20,917 nt of DNA from Candidatus Rokuibacteriota bacterium (GTDB lineage Bacteria > Methylomirabilota > Methylomirabilia > Rokubacteriales > DASRDR01). The stretch covers positions 1 to 20,917 of the forward strand of contig JBIOTN010000215.1 in NCBI GenBank assembly GCA_044866005.1, written 5' to 3'. Shown here piece after piece: positions 1 to 8,874 of this stretch (the first letter of the stretch is position 1; the number at the start of each line of letters is the position of its first letter). Made by a program: the position numbers and the translations under genes. Under the pieces are notes generated by a model that did not search any database, was not told the origin of the DNA, and was given only the letters and a program-made list of their open reading frames with translations.

Positions 1-51
1 CTCGGCCCGGCTCTGCCACCGTGTTTGGCCGGGGGGCCGGTCGCGCGGGCG

Positions 52-60
52 TGCTATACT
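52..60 (+). promoter_or_regulatory. Extended -10 sigma70-type promoter (TGcTATACT) for the ATPase/UDG unit
   Basis: TG-n-TATACT at 52-60, just upstream of an in-frame TTG (70) and of GGAGG (76-80) followed by CTG (91). Confidence 0.5.
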
Positions 61-69
61 CGCTGCCGC

Positions 70-867
70 TTGCCCGGAGGACGGGACCGCCTGCACCAGC
101 CGCTGCTCGGGATCGAAGACCTGACCGTCCGTTTCGGCGGCCTCGCCGCGCTCAGCGGGGTGAGCCTGAGCGTGGCCCGCGGCGAGATCGTCGGGCTCAT
201 CGGCCCGAACGGCGCCGGGAAGACCACGCTCTTCAACGTCGTCACGGGGCTGATCCGTCCCACCCGCGGCGTGGTCCGGCTCCGGGGGCGGCCCATCACG
301 GGGCTCGCGCCCTTTCGCATCTCGCGGCTGGGCGTGGCCCGGACCTTCCAGCTCGTGCGGATCCTCCCCGCGCTCAGCGTCGCGGAGAACGTCCTCGTCG
401 GGCTCTACTTCGGGGGCGAGCGCCGCGCCGCTCCCGGCGCCGGGCGGCCGGCGGACGAAGCGCGCCGGCTGCTCGCCGCGGTCGGCCTCGAGTCGCGGGC
501 GGACGAGCTGGCGCAGGCGCTGCCGCTCGGCGATCGCAAGCGGCTCGAGATCGCCCGCGCGCTCGCCACGCGCCCCGAGCTGCTCCTGCTCGACGAGCTC
601 CTCTCGGGGATCCGCGCCGCGGAGGCCCGCTCCCTCATGGACCTCATCCGCGAGATCCGCCGCGCCGGCACGACCGTCGTGCTGATCGAGCACATCATGA
701 AGGCGATCATGGCGCTCTCCGACCGCGTCGTCGTCCTCCATCACGGCGAGAAGATCGCGGAGGGCGCCCCGGCGGTGGTCGCCACCGCCCCGGCGGTCGT
801 GGAGGCCTACCTGGGCCGCGGGACCGAGACAGGTGGGGCCCCCCCGGCCGCCCATGGGCGCGGCTGA
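70..867 (+). CDS. livG: Branched-chain amino acid-type ABC transporter ATP-binding protein (LivG-like); start uncertain (TTG 70 or CTG 91)
   Basis: N-terminal RFGGLAAL, Walker A GPNGAGKTT, ARTFQ Q-loop, Walker B LLLLDE, IEH switch, C-terminal VVEAYLG. Confidence 0.9.
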   Translation: MPGGRDRLHQPLLGIEDLTVRFGGLAALSGVSLSVARGEIVGLIGPNGAGKTTLFNVVTGLIRPTRGVVRLRGRPITGLAPFRISRLGVARTFQLVRILPALSVAENVLVGLYFGGERRAAPGAGRPADEARRLLAAVGLESRADELAQALPLGDRKRLEIARALATRPELLLLDELLSGIRAAEARSLMDLIREIRRAGTTVVLIEHIMKAIMALSDRVVVLHHGEKIAEGAPAVVATAPAVVEAYLGRGTETGGAPPAAHGRG

Positions 868-1606
868 GCGCCCGCCGCCGGCGGCCGCGCGCCTCGCTGC
901 CCTCCAGGCCCGGCTCGTCCGGTGCCGGCGCTGCCCGCGCCTGGTCGCGCATCGCCGGGCCGTCGCGGCCGACCCGCCGCGCCGGTTTCGCGGGGAGCGC
1001 TACTGGGCGCGACCCGTGCCGAGCCTCGGAGGAGTCGGCGCCCGGCTGCTCGTGGTGGGCCTCGCGCCGGCGGCGCACGGCGGCAACCGCACGGGCCGGA
1101 TGTTCACAGGTGACGCCCCCGGCGGGAGCGGCGAGTGGCTGGCCCGCGCGCTCCACGCCCAGGGCTTCGCCACGCAGCCGACGTCCCGGCGCCGGGGGGA
1201 CGGCTTCCGCCTGCTCGACGCCTACATCACGGCGGCGATCCACTGCGCGCCCCCCGGGAACCGGCCGCTGCCGAGCGAGCTCGCCAACTGCGCGCCCTAC
1301 CTCCACGAGGAGCTGCGGCTGCTCCGGCGGGTGCGGGTCGTGATCGCGCTCGGCCGCATCGGCTTCGACGCCTACCTGCGCGCGGCCGTCGCGCTCGGCC
1401 ACGCCTGGCCGCGCCCGCGCCCGCGGTTCGGCCACGGCGCGGTGGCCGAGCTGCCCTGGGGGGTCACGCTCCTGGCCTCCTACCATCCGAGCCGGCAGAA
1501 CACGCAGACGGGGAAGCTCACCCGGGCGATGCTCGAGGCGGTCTTCGCCGAGGCGCGTCGGCGCCTGCCGCGGGCGGCGGGAGTCGGGGTGGGCAAAGGA
1601 GCCTAG
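854..1606 (+). CDS. Uracil-DNA glycosylase, family 5 (UdgB-like, Fe-S)
   Basis: CRRCPRL cysteine pair, GLAPAAHGGNRTGRMFTGD motif, HCAPP..N.P and NC cysteines, YHPSRQN motif; ATG 854 overlaps the end of livG. Confidence 0.9.
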   Translation: MGAAERPPPAAARLAALQARLVRCRRCPRLVAHRRAVAADPPRRFRGERYWARPVPSLGGVGARLLVVGLAPAAHGGNRTGRMFTGDAPGGSGEWLARALHAQGFATQPTSRRRGDGFRLLDAYITAAIHCAPPGNRPLPSELANCAPYLHEELRLLRRVRVVIALGRIGFDAYLRAAVALGHAWPRPRPRFGHGAVAELPWGVTLLASYHPSRQNTQTGKLTRAMLEAVFAEARRRLPRAAGVGVGKGA

Positions 1607-1668
1607 GGGTCTTGCCGGGCGCGCAAACTTCTCCCCTTCCGGCCGACTCTGAGGTACCATCGCGCCGT

Positions 1669-2490
1669 ATGGGGCCCAGGGGAGGGCGCCTGCGGTACGG
1701 CCTCGGCGTGTGTGCGGTGCTCCTCGTGCTCGGCTCGGGGTGCGCGACCGATCCCATCGCGCGGCCGGTGGCGCCCACGCGCGGACAGATCGTCCAGCAG
1801 ATCCTGCCGACCACCGTCCAGATCGCCCTCGAAGAAGACGGCCGCCGCGTCCGCAGCGGCTCGGGTGTGGTCATCGCGGCGCGGCCCGTCTCGGACGGCG
1901 CGGACTGCTACGTTCTCACGAGCGGTCACATGCTCGCCCGACTCTCCGGCCAGGAGACCGTCTACGTCCTGCTCGGCCGGCACCAGGGTCCGGGCAGCCG
2001 GGCCCGGGCGACGGTCCTGGCCCGGCGCGAGAACGAGGATCTGGACCTCGCGCTCCTCCGCATCGCGCACAAGCAGTGCGTGGCCGCGCGGCTCGGCAGC
2101 GAGCCGGCCCTGGGGGACGAGATCTGGGTCGTCGCGTTTCCGTGGGGCCGCAACATGACGCTCGTGGGCGGCGTCGTGAGCCAGCTCAACAGCTTCTCGT
2201 CCGCCGAGCGCGACATGGCCTCACGCCTGATGGTGGACGCCTCGGTCAGCTACGGGGCGAGCGGCGGGGGCGTTTACGAGGCGGCGACCGGGCGGCTCAT
2301 CGGGCTCGTGGAGGGCTATCGCACCGCGCGCGTCTCCTTCAAGGGCGATCCCACGCAGCGCTACATCGACGTGCCCGTGCCCGGCGAGACGTACGTGACC
2401 CCGCTCGCGGACATTCAGCGGTTCCTGACCGAGTCGGGGTACGCCGAGCTCGTCGGCGTCCGGCAGACGATCGCGGCCCCCAGGCCCTGA
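1669..2490 (+). CDS. Trypsin-like (S1) serine protease, predicted lipoprotein, no PDZ domain
   Basis: Signal with lipobox-like LVLGSGC; SGSGVVI; catalytic triad LTSGH / DLDLALL / YGASGG; ATG at 1669 within ORF 1135..2490. Confidence 0.85.
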   Translation: MGPRGGRLRYGLGVCAVLLVLGSGCATDPIARPVAPTRGQIVQQILPTTVQIALEEDGRRVRSGSGVVIAARPVSDGADCYVLTSGHMLARLSGQETVYVLLGRHQGPGSRARATVLARRENEDLDLALLRIAHKQCVAARLGSEPALGDEIWVVAFPWGRNMTLVGGVVSQLNSFSSAERDMASRLMVDASVSYGASGGGVYEAATGRLIGLVEGYRTARVSFKGDPTQRYIDVPVPGETYVTPLADIQRFLTESGYAELVGVRQTIAAPRP

Positions 2491-2516
2491 GGCGGCGCGC
2501 CCCCCTCTGGGGAAAG

Positions 2517-3449
2517 TCAGGCCAGGCGCCGGCGGAGAGCGCCGCCGAGCCGCCGCCAGCGCCGCGGCTCCGCGAGTCCGCCCGGCAGGAAGAGTCCCAC
2601 CAGGACCAGCATCAGCCCGTAGATCGTGAGGGCCAGGTACTGCGTCTTCAGGCGCAGGACCTCGCGGATCACGTCCACGACGAGCGCCCCGACCAGCGGC
2701 CCGGCGACGGTGCCGGAGCCGCCGAGCATCGCCATCACGATGGGCCCGATCGCGACGTCCAGGCCGAAGACGGTGGCCGGGATGATGTAGGTGAGATACC
2801 AGCAGTAGAGCCCGCCGGCCAGCCCCGCCACCGCCGCGCTCGCCGTCAGGCCCAGGCATTTCACCCCGTACGTGTTGACGCCGAAGGCGGAAGCCACCTC
2901 CTCGTCCTCCCGGATCGAGACGAAGGCGAGCCCGAGCCGCGAGCGGGCCAGCCAGGCGGTCGCCGCGATCAGGACGGCCAGGACCGCGAGCGCCGCGTAG
3001 TAGGCGTGGTAGAGCCGGTAGCCGGTCGGGATGGTGAGCCCTTCCGAGCCGCCGGTCAGGCCGGAGAGGTTCGAGGCGAGCAGCTCGAGGAGGGTGACGA
3101 GGCCGAACGTGGCCAGCGCGAAGTAGGCGCCCCGCAGCCGGAAGAACGGGTAGCTGATGGCGACGGCGAACAGCGCCGCCAGCGCCATTCCGGCCGGGAA
3201 GGCGAGGAGGAGCGGGTGGCCGGCCTTCAGCAGGATGCCGAAGGTGTACGCGCCGATCCCGAAGAACGAGGCGTGGCCGAGGTTGAGGTAGCCCATGCGT
3301 CCGCCCACCCAGTCGTAGCTCTGGGCGAGGATCGCCGCGATGAAGACGGAGAGGAAGAACGCGACCAGGTAGGTGGAGTCGGTGAGGTAGGGCAGGGCGG
3401 CGAAGGCCCCCAGCGCCGCCAGCCCGACGAGCGCGGCCGCGGCCGCCAC
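2517..3449 (-). CDS. livM: Branched-chain amino acid-type ABC permease (LivM-like)
   Basis: GYLNLGHASFFGIGAY, LRGAYFALAT, GGSEG, SIREDE..A..FGVN, LGG.GT..GP motifs; polytopic hydrophobic protein. Confidence 0.92.
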   Translation of the reverse strand: MAAAAALVGLAALGAFAALPYLTDSTYLVAFFLSVFIAAILAQSYDWVGGRMGYLNLGHASFFGIGAYTFGILLKAGHPLLLAFPAGMALAALFAVAISYPFFRLRGAYFALATFGLVTLLELLASNLSGLTGGSEGLTIPTGYRLYHAYYAALAVLAVLIAATAWLARSRLGLAFVSIREDEEVASAFGVNTYGVKCLGLTASAAVAGLAGGLYCWYLTYIIPATVFGLDVAIGPIVMAMLGGSGTVAGPLVGALVVDVIREVLRLKTQYLALTIYGLMLVLVGLFLPGGLAEPRRWRRLGGALRRRLA

Positions 3450-3452
3450 GAC

Positions 3453-4313
3453 CTACCCCAGGAGGCCCCGCGGGCGCGCCAGCAGGATCCCGATCAGGAT
3501 CACGAAGGCGACCGTCAGCGACCACTCGGCGCCGGCGAAGTAGGAGACCAGCGATTCGGAGAGGCCGAGGACGAGGCTGCCGGCGAGGGCGCCCGGCAGG
3601 TTGCCGACCCCGCCGAGCACGATGATGGCCAAATACTTGAGGGTGAGCGGGATGCCGATGTGCGGGTCCACCGGGATCAGCGTGACGAAGAAGACGCCCG
3701 CCGTCGCGGTCAGCGCGGTGCCGAGGGCGAAGGCCACGGCCGAGGCGGCGGCGATGTCGATGCCGGCGAGCATGGCGCCCTCGCGGTCCTCGATCACCGC
3801 CCGCAGGGCTTTCCCGTGGAAGCTCCGCTGGAGGAAGAGGTGGATCCCCGCGGTCAGCAGGACGATGATGGCGAGCAGGATCAGGCGCAGAGAGGAGACG
3901 ACGACCGTGCCGAACCGGAGGGGCGGGAGGAAGTAGTCGATGCCCTTGACCGGCTGGGTCAAGCCGAACGCGGTCACGTCCTCGATGGCGAGCGAGATCC
4001 CGAGGGTGACGAGGATCGACGCGACGAGGAACTCCTGGTGCGGCATCCCCGTGATCGGCCGGATCAGCGCGCGCTCGACCACGAGGCCGCCCAGGAAGAA
4101 CACGGGGAAGACCACCAGGACCGCGGCGAAGGGCGGCAGCGCCCAGGCGGTGTAGAGCCAGTAGGTGAGCATGCCGCCCAGCATCAGGTAGTCGCCGTGG
4201 GCCACGTTGAGGACGCGGAGGACGCCGAAGATGATGGACAGCCCGAACGCTCCGAGGGCGTAGATCCCGCCCTGGAGGACGCCGCCGATCAGGAGCTGGA
4301 CGAACGTCTGCAC
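3453..4313 (-). CDS. livH: Branched-chain amino acid-type ABC permease (LivH-like)
   Basis: GTG at 4313 (overlaps the YceI stop as TAGTG) gives MQTFVQLLIGGVLQGGIYAL..GLSIIFGV.RVLNVAHG; GKALRAV.EDRE.A.LAGI; LGGVGN.PGA. Confidence 0.92.
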   Translation of the reverse strand: MQTFVQLLIGGVLQGGIYALGAFGLSIIFGVLRVLNVAHGDYLMLGGMLTYWLYTAWALPPFAAVLVVFPVFFLGGLVVERALIRPITGMPHQEFLVASILVTLGISLAIEDVTAFGLTQPVKGIDYFLPPLRFGTVVVSSLRLILLAIIVLLTAGIHLFLQRSFHGKALRAVIEDREGAMLAGIDIAAASAVAFALGTALTATAGVFFVTLIPVDPHIGIPLTLKYLAIIVLGGVGNLPGALAGSLVLGLSESLVSYFAGAEWSLTVAFVILIGILLARPRGLLG

Positions 4314-4855
4314 TAGCCCTCGGCCGCGCCGTCGGCCGCTTCCGCTTCGACGTCGAGCGTGATCAGGACGTCGTCGCCGACGACGACGCCGCTGTCCTTC
4401 ATCGCCGCATTCCAGCTCACCCCGAAGTCGTGCCGGTTGATCCGCGTCGTGGCCGTGAAGCCGATCCGAGTATCGTCGAACGGCGAGCGGCCCTGCCCGA
4501 GGAACCGGACGTCGAGGGTCACCGGTCGCGTCACGCCGCGGATGGTGAGGTCGCCCGTAACCGTGTACTCGTTCCGGGCGACCGGCTCCACCCTGGTGCT
4601 GCGGAACCGGATCGTCGGGTGCTTCGCCACGTCCAGGAAGTCCTCGCTCCGCAGGTGGTCGTCGCGCTCGGGCTCGCCCGACCAGAGCGTCGCCGCGTCG
4701 ATCGTGACCTCCGTGCGGGCCCCTTCCGGCCGGCCGGCGTCGAACTCGAGCGTGCCCTTGAGGTTCTTGAAGTGCCCCCGGACGAACGTGATCATCATGT
4801 GCCGGACGCAGAACTCCGCCGCCGTGTGGGCTTCGTTGAAGATCCACCGCGCCAT
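4313..4855 (-). CDS. YceI family polyisoprenoid/lipid-binding protein (no signal peptide)
   Basis: AHT..EF.VRHMMIT.VRG.F, RDDHLRS.DFLD...HPTI.F.S, GDLTIRGVT.PV, RHDFGV.WN motifs; GAGGAG RBS. Confidence 0.92.
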   Translation of the reverse strand: MARWIFNEAHTAAEFCVRHMMITFVRGHFKNLKGTLEFDAGRPEGARTEVTIDAATLWSGEPERDDHLRSEDFLDVAKHPTIRFRSTRVEPVARNEYTVTGDLTIRGVTRPVTLDVRFLGQGRSPFDDTRIGFTATTRINRHDFGVSWNAAMKDSGVVVGDDVLITLDVEAEAADGAAEG

Positions 4856-4884
4856 CGGACTACTCCTCTCGGTCGCGCCTCACG

Positions 4885-6657
4885 CTACCACAGCGGGCCG
4901 CGGCGAGCGACGACGGGGGGCGGGGCGGGCGACCGCATGGCGGCCCGGGTCGCTGCGGTCGCCTCCTCGTCCACCGTGACCGTCGCCGGGTCGATCACGA
5001 CGCCGTAGTCGCGGCGGGCGCCCTCCATCGAGACGTAGCCCTCGACGACGTCCCGGAGGACCGCCCGGGCGTCGCGCGCCCACGGCGGACCATAGCCGCC
5101 GGCCCCCGGCTGCTGGAACGAGACGACGTCGCCGTACTCGAAGGTGTCGGACGCCTTCGAGTGGACCCGACGCTCGCGCGGCGTGCCCGGGTTGAGGAGG
5201 GTCACCCCGGGCTGGCCGGGCTGGCCGCCGAAGAGCCCCCAGGGCGCGAAGCGCTGGCGCTCGGTGTTGTTCGTGAGCTTCCCCGCCTCGAGGAGCAGCC
5301 GGAGGTCCCGGCGGATGCCGGTGCCGCCGCGAAAGCGGCCGGGACCGGCCGAGTCGGGGATCAGCTCGAAGCGCTCGACCCGGACCGGCTGGTTCGCCTC
5401 CTGCGACTCGACCGGGATGTTCGAGGCGTTGAAGGCCATGGCCATGGCCTCGACGCCGTCGCGGTCCGGACGCGCGGCGGTCCCCGAGAGGACGAGCTCG
5501 TAGACGACGGCGCGCCGGCTCCGGCGCGGGTCGACGCCGCCGAAGGTGGGGTTGGCGAAGTGGGAGCCCGCGGCGGTGACACGCTCCGGCAGCGCGGGGG
5601 CGAGCGCCCCGATCACGGCGTCGAAGATCCGGTAGCAGAAGACGGCGCGGGGGCCGCCGCCGGCCGGCCGCCGGGGATGGAGGAACGAGCCGAGCGGCGC
5701 CTCGATCCGCACCGGGCGGAAGGCGCCGTCGTTCTGCGGCCCGTAGGGATCGGTGAGGCACTTGACGGCGGCGTAGCAGTAGGAGCGCGTGTAGTTCAGG
5801 TAGGAGTTCATCCCGGACTCGGTCTGCGGCCCGGTCCCCGCGAAGTCGATCAGCAGCTCGTCGCCGCGGACCGTCACGGTGACGAAGAGCCGCATCGGCG
5901 GCGTGCCCGGGCCCCAGTCGTCCATGAAGTCCTCGAAGGGGTAGACGCCGTCGGGCATGGCGCCGATCGCCGCGCGGGCCGTCGCCTCGGTGCGCGCCAT
6001 GACCTCGGTCAGGGCGGCCTGGACCGTGTCGAAGCCGTGGCGCTCGACCAGCTCCATCAGTCGCAGCTCGCCGACCCGGAGGGAGTTCCGCTGGGCGCGC
6101 AGGTCGCCGAGCATCGACTCCGGCGTCCGCGTGTTGGCGAGGATGATCGCCAGGACGCCCTCCTGCTCCAGGCCCGCCTTCCACGGCTTGACGGGCGGGA
6201 CGTGGAGGCCCTCCTGGAAGTAGTCCGCCACCCCCTCGACCGCCTGGCTGCCGGGGCGCATGCCGCCGACGTCGGTGTGGTGGAGGATGTTGGCGACGAA
6301 GCCGATCGGTCGTCCGTCCGCGTGGAAGGCGGGCTGGATCATGAAGAAGTCGGGGAAGTGGCCGGAGCCGAGGTCGGGGCTGTTGAAGAGGACGACGTCA
6401 CCCGGCCGGAGCGGCTCGCCGGGGACGGCGGCGAGGGCGTTCTTCGCGGCGAAGGACATCGCCCCCATGTGGCCGGGGCTGTACGGCCCCTGGGCGACCA
6501 TGCGGCCGTGGGGGTCGAAGAGGCAGACCGAGAAATCCTGGCCCTCGCGCGCCTGCTGGGAATGCGCGGTCCGGTGGACGGTCGTGCCGACCTCGACCGT
6601 GATGGACTGGAGCCCGCCCCAGATCACGCCGAGCGTGACGGGATCCACCGGGCTCAT
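4885..6657 (-). CDS. Hydantoinase B / 5-oxoprolinase beta-type subunit (HyuB-like)
   Basis: DPVTL.V, RTA.S...RE..DFS, GSGHFPD, HHTDVGG.PGS, QEG, GAGGYG.P..R motifs. Confidence 0.92.
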   Translation of the reverse strand: MSPVDPVTLGVIWGGLQSITVEVGTTVHRTAHSQQAREGQDFSVCLFDPHGRMVAQGPYSPGHMGAMSFAAKNALAAVPGEPLRPGDVVLFNSPDLGSGHFPDFFMIQPAFHADGRPIGFVANILHHTDVGGMRPGSQAVEGVADYFQEGLHVPPVKPWKAGLEQEGVLAIILANTRTPESMLGDLRAQRNSLRVGELRLMELVERHGFDTVQAALTEVMARTEATARAAIGAMPDGVYPFEDFMDDWGPGTPPMRLFVTVTVRGDELLIDFAGTGPQTESGMNSYLNYTRSYCYAAVKCLTDPYGPQNDGAFRPVRIEAPLGSFLHPRRPAGGGPRAVFCYRIFDAVIGALAPALPERVTAAGSHFANPTFGGVDPRRSRRAVVYELVLSGTAARPDRDGVEAMAMAFNASNIPVESQEANQPVRVERFELIPDSAGPGRFRGGTGIRRDLRLLLEAGKLTNNTERQRFAPWGLFGGQPGQPGVTLLNPGTPRERRVHSKASDTFEYGDVVSFQQPGAGGYGPPWARDARAVLRDVVEGYVSMEGARRDYGVVIDPATVTVDEEATAATRAAMRSPAPPPVVARRGPLW

Positions 6658-8786
6658 GGCCCCGGGCCAAGGCCGCTGGCCGCGCCGCCGGGGGCGCCGG
6701 CGGCGCCATCGGCGAAGCTCACGATCAGGTTGGCCCAGCGGTCGACGGCAGCCACCGCCCCGGGCGGCAGCACCGTGGTGGACTCGGCCTCCTCGACGAC
6801 GGCCGGGCCGGCCAGGCGCGCCCCGGCGGGAAGCCGGACCCGGTCGTAGATCGGACAGGGGACGTAGCGGCCCAGCTCCGGGAAGTATGCGGGCCGATCC
6901 GGCTTCCGGGCGTCGGCGGCCTCCCGCGTGGCGGGCCGAGGCTCCGGCAGCCGGACCTCCGGCCCCATGCCGATGACGCTCACCGCCACCGTGACCAGCT
7001 CGACCTCCGCCGCCGGGTCCGCGTACCCGTAGCGCTGCGCGTAGACGGCGTGGAACCCCTCGCGCAGCGCAGCCGTCAGCTCGTCCTCGGCGGCGCGGTC
7101 GGGGAGCGTGACCGTCAGCTCGTAGCCTTGCCCGACGTAGCGAAGGTCCGCGCTCGGCACGACCGTCAGCGGGCCGCCCACGCCCGCCTCGCGGACCACG
7201 GCGCGGCCCGCCGCGGTCATCTCGTCGAGCATCTGCCGGAGACGAGCCGCGTCGAGCGCGCCGAGCCGGCTCACGTACGAGCGCGAGACGTCGAACTTCA
7301 CCTCGGCGGCGAGGAGCCCCAGCGCCGAGGTCACGCCGGCCGCGGCCGGGAGGATCACGCGCGGGATGCCGAGCGCCCGCGCCAGCCGGCAGCCGTGGAC
7401 CGGCCCCGAGCCGCCGAAGGCGGCGAAGGCGAGCCGCCGCGGGTCATAGCCGCGCTCGATCGAGACCACGCGGGTCGCCAGCTCCATGTTGGTGTTGACG
7501 ATCTGGTGGATGCCCCAGGCGGCCTCGGCGAGGGAGAGCCCGAGCGGGCCGGCGATGGACTCCTCGATGGCGCGCCGCGCGCCCTCCACGTCGAGCGGCA
7601 TGCGGCCGCCCAGGAAATAGTCCGGGTTCAGGTAGCCGAGGACGAGGTTGGCGTCGGTCACGGTGGGCTCGGTTCCCCCCCGGCCATAGCAGATCGGCCC
7701 CGGGTCCGCCCCGGCCGAGTCCGGCCCGACGGCGATCGTGCCCATCGCGACACGGGCGATCGAGCCTCCGCCCGCGCCGATCTCGACGAGGTCGGTGGCC
7801 TGGATGGTCATCGGGATGCCGCTCCCGGGCTGGAGGCGGACCCGGTGCAGCTCGAACTCGCGCACGGTCCGCGGTCGCCCGCCCAGGACGAGCGAGAGCT
7901 TGGCCGTCGTTCCGCCCATGTCGAAGGCGACGAGGTCCGCGTGGCCGGCGAGCCTTCCGTATGCCGCCGCCATCAGCGCGCCCGCCGCCGGACCCGACTC
8001 GATCATGCGGACCGGGAAGCGCGCCATCGTCTCCGCGGTCGCGATGCCGCCGGCCGACTGCATGACGTAGAGCCGCCCGCGGTAGCCTCCGCCCGGGAGG
8101 TCGGCGAGCGCCCGCTCGAGCCGCTCGAGGTAGTCGCGCACCGCCGTCAGCACGTAGGCGTTGACGACCGTCGTGGACGTCCGCTCGTACTCGCGGATCA
8201 CCGGCGAGACGTCGGAGGAGAGGCTGACCGCGATGTGGGGTGCCTCCGCCCGGACGATCTCCGCCGCCCGCCGCTCGTGGGCCGGGTTGACGTAGGCGTG
8301 GAGGAAGCAGACGGCGAGCGAGGTGATCCCCGCCTTGGCGACCGCGCGCGCCGTGGCACGGACCTCGGCCTCGTCGAGCGGCGTCAGGACCTCGCCGTCG
8401 AAGGCGACGCGCTCGGTCACCTCGTGGATCCGCGAGCGCGGGACGAGCGGCGCGGGCTTCTCGATGAAGAGGTCGTAGAGCTGGTAGCGCTTCTGGCGGC
8501 CGATGACGAGGACGTCGCGGAACCCCCGCGTCGTCAGGAGCGCGACGTTCCGCCCCTTGCGCTCGATGACGACGTTCGAGCCGAGCGTGGTGCCATGGAT
8601 CGCCTGGGCGAGGTCGCCGGCGTGCAGGCCGGCCTGCGCCAAGAGCTCGCGGAGTCCCTCGATGCAGGCGCGAGCGGGGTCCTCGGGCGTGGTGAGGCGC
8701 TTGCCGGTCAGGAGGCGGCCGTCTGCGGTCTGGAGCGCGAAGTCGGTGAAGGTGCCGCCGACGTCGAACCCGATGCGAACGCTCAC
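6654..8786 (-). CDS. Hydantoinase A / 5-oxoprolinase alpha-type ATP-binding subunit (HyuA-like); start GTG 8786 or 8816
   Basis: IGFDVGGTFTD, HGTT, EYERTSTT..NAY, ESGPAAG, DMGGTT, IGAGGGSIA, SAGA.PGP.CY, TVTDA; 4-bp overlap with the HyuB-like gene. Confidence 0.93.
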   Translation of the reverse strand: MSVRIGFDVGGTFTDFALQTADGRLLTGKRLTTPEDPARACIEGLRELLAQAGLHAGDLAQAIHGTTLGSNVVIERKGRNVALLTTRGFRDVLVIGRQKRYQLYDLFIEKPAPLVPRSRIHEVTERVAFDGEVLTPLDEAEVRATARAVAKAGITSLAVCFLHAYVNPAHERRAAEIVRAEAPHIAVSLSSDVSPVIREYERTSTTVVNAYVLTAVRDYLERLERALADLPGGGYRGRLYVMQSAGGIATAETMARFPVRMIESGPAAGALMAAAYGRLAGHADLVAFDMGGTTAKLSLVLGGRPRTVREFELHRVRLQPGSGIPMTIQATDLVEIGAGGGSIARVAMGTIAVGPDSAGADPGPICYGRGGTEPTVTDANLVLGYLNPDYFLGGRMPLDVEGARRAIEESIAGPLGLSLAEAAWGIHQIVNTNMELATRVVSIERGYDPRRLAFAAFGGSGPVHGCRLARALGIPRVILPAAAGVTSALGLLAAEVKFDVSRSYVSRLGALDAARLRQMLDEMTAAGRAVVREAGVGGPLTVVPSADLRYVGQGYELTVTLPDRAAEDELTAALREGFHAVYAQRYGYADPAAEVELVTVAVSVIGMGPEVRLPEPRPATREAADARKPDRPAYFPELGRYVPCPIYDRVRLPAGARLAGPAVVEEAESTTVLPPGAVAAVDRWANLIVSFADGAAGAPGGAASGLGPGP

Positions 8787-8813
8787 GGGAGCTGGCCGCC
8801 GGGGGGCAGGAGA

Positions 8814-8855
8814 CACCCCGGCCCTCTCCCGCCCCGCACGGGAGGGAGAGGGGGA
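8814..8855. repeat. REP-like palindrome CCCTCTCCC...GGGAGAGGG
   Basis: CCCTCTCCC (8822-8830) and GGGAGAGGG (8844-8852) with inner CCCG/CGGG arms, preceded by CACCCCGG; intergenic. Confidence 0.65.
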
Positions 8856-8874
8856 GGGGCGAGTGGCCTCAACC

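Noticed and set aside
21..1343. 440-aa Arg/Pro-rich ORF and similar alternate-frame ORFs
   Set aside because: Frame shadows of real genes in GC-rich DNA
1135..1668. Apparent UDG-protease overlap or fusion
   Set aside because: The upstream part of the ORF is an alternate frame of UDG; the signal peptide starts at 1669
1710..4316. 868-aa plus-strand ORF
   Set aside because: Out of frame with the protease and antisense to livM/livH; Arg/Gly-rich with no family signal
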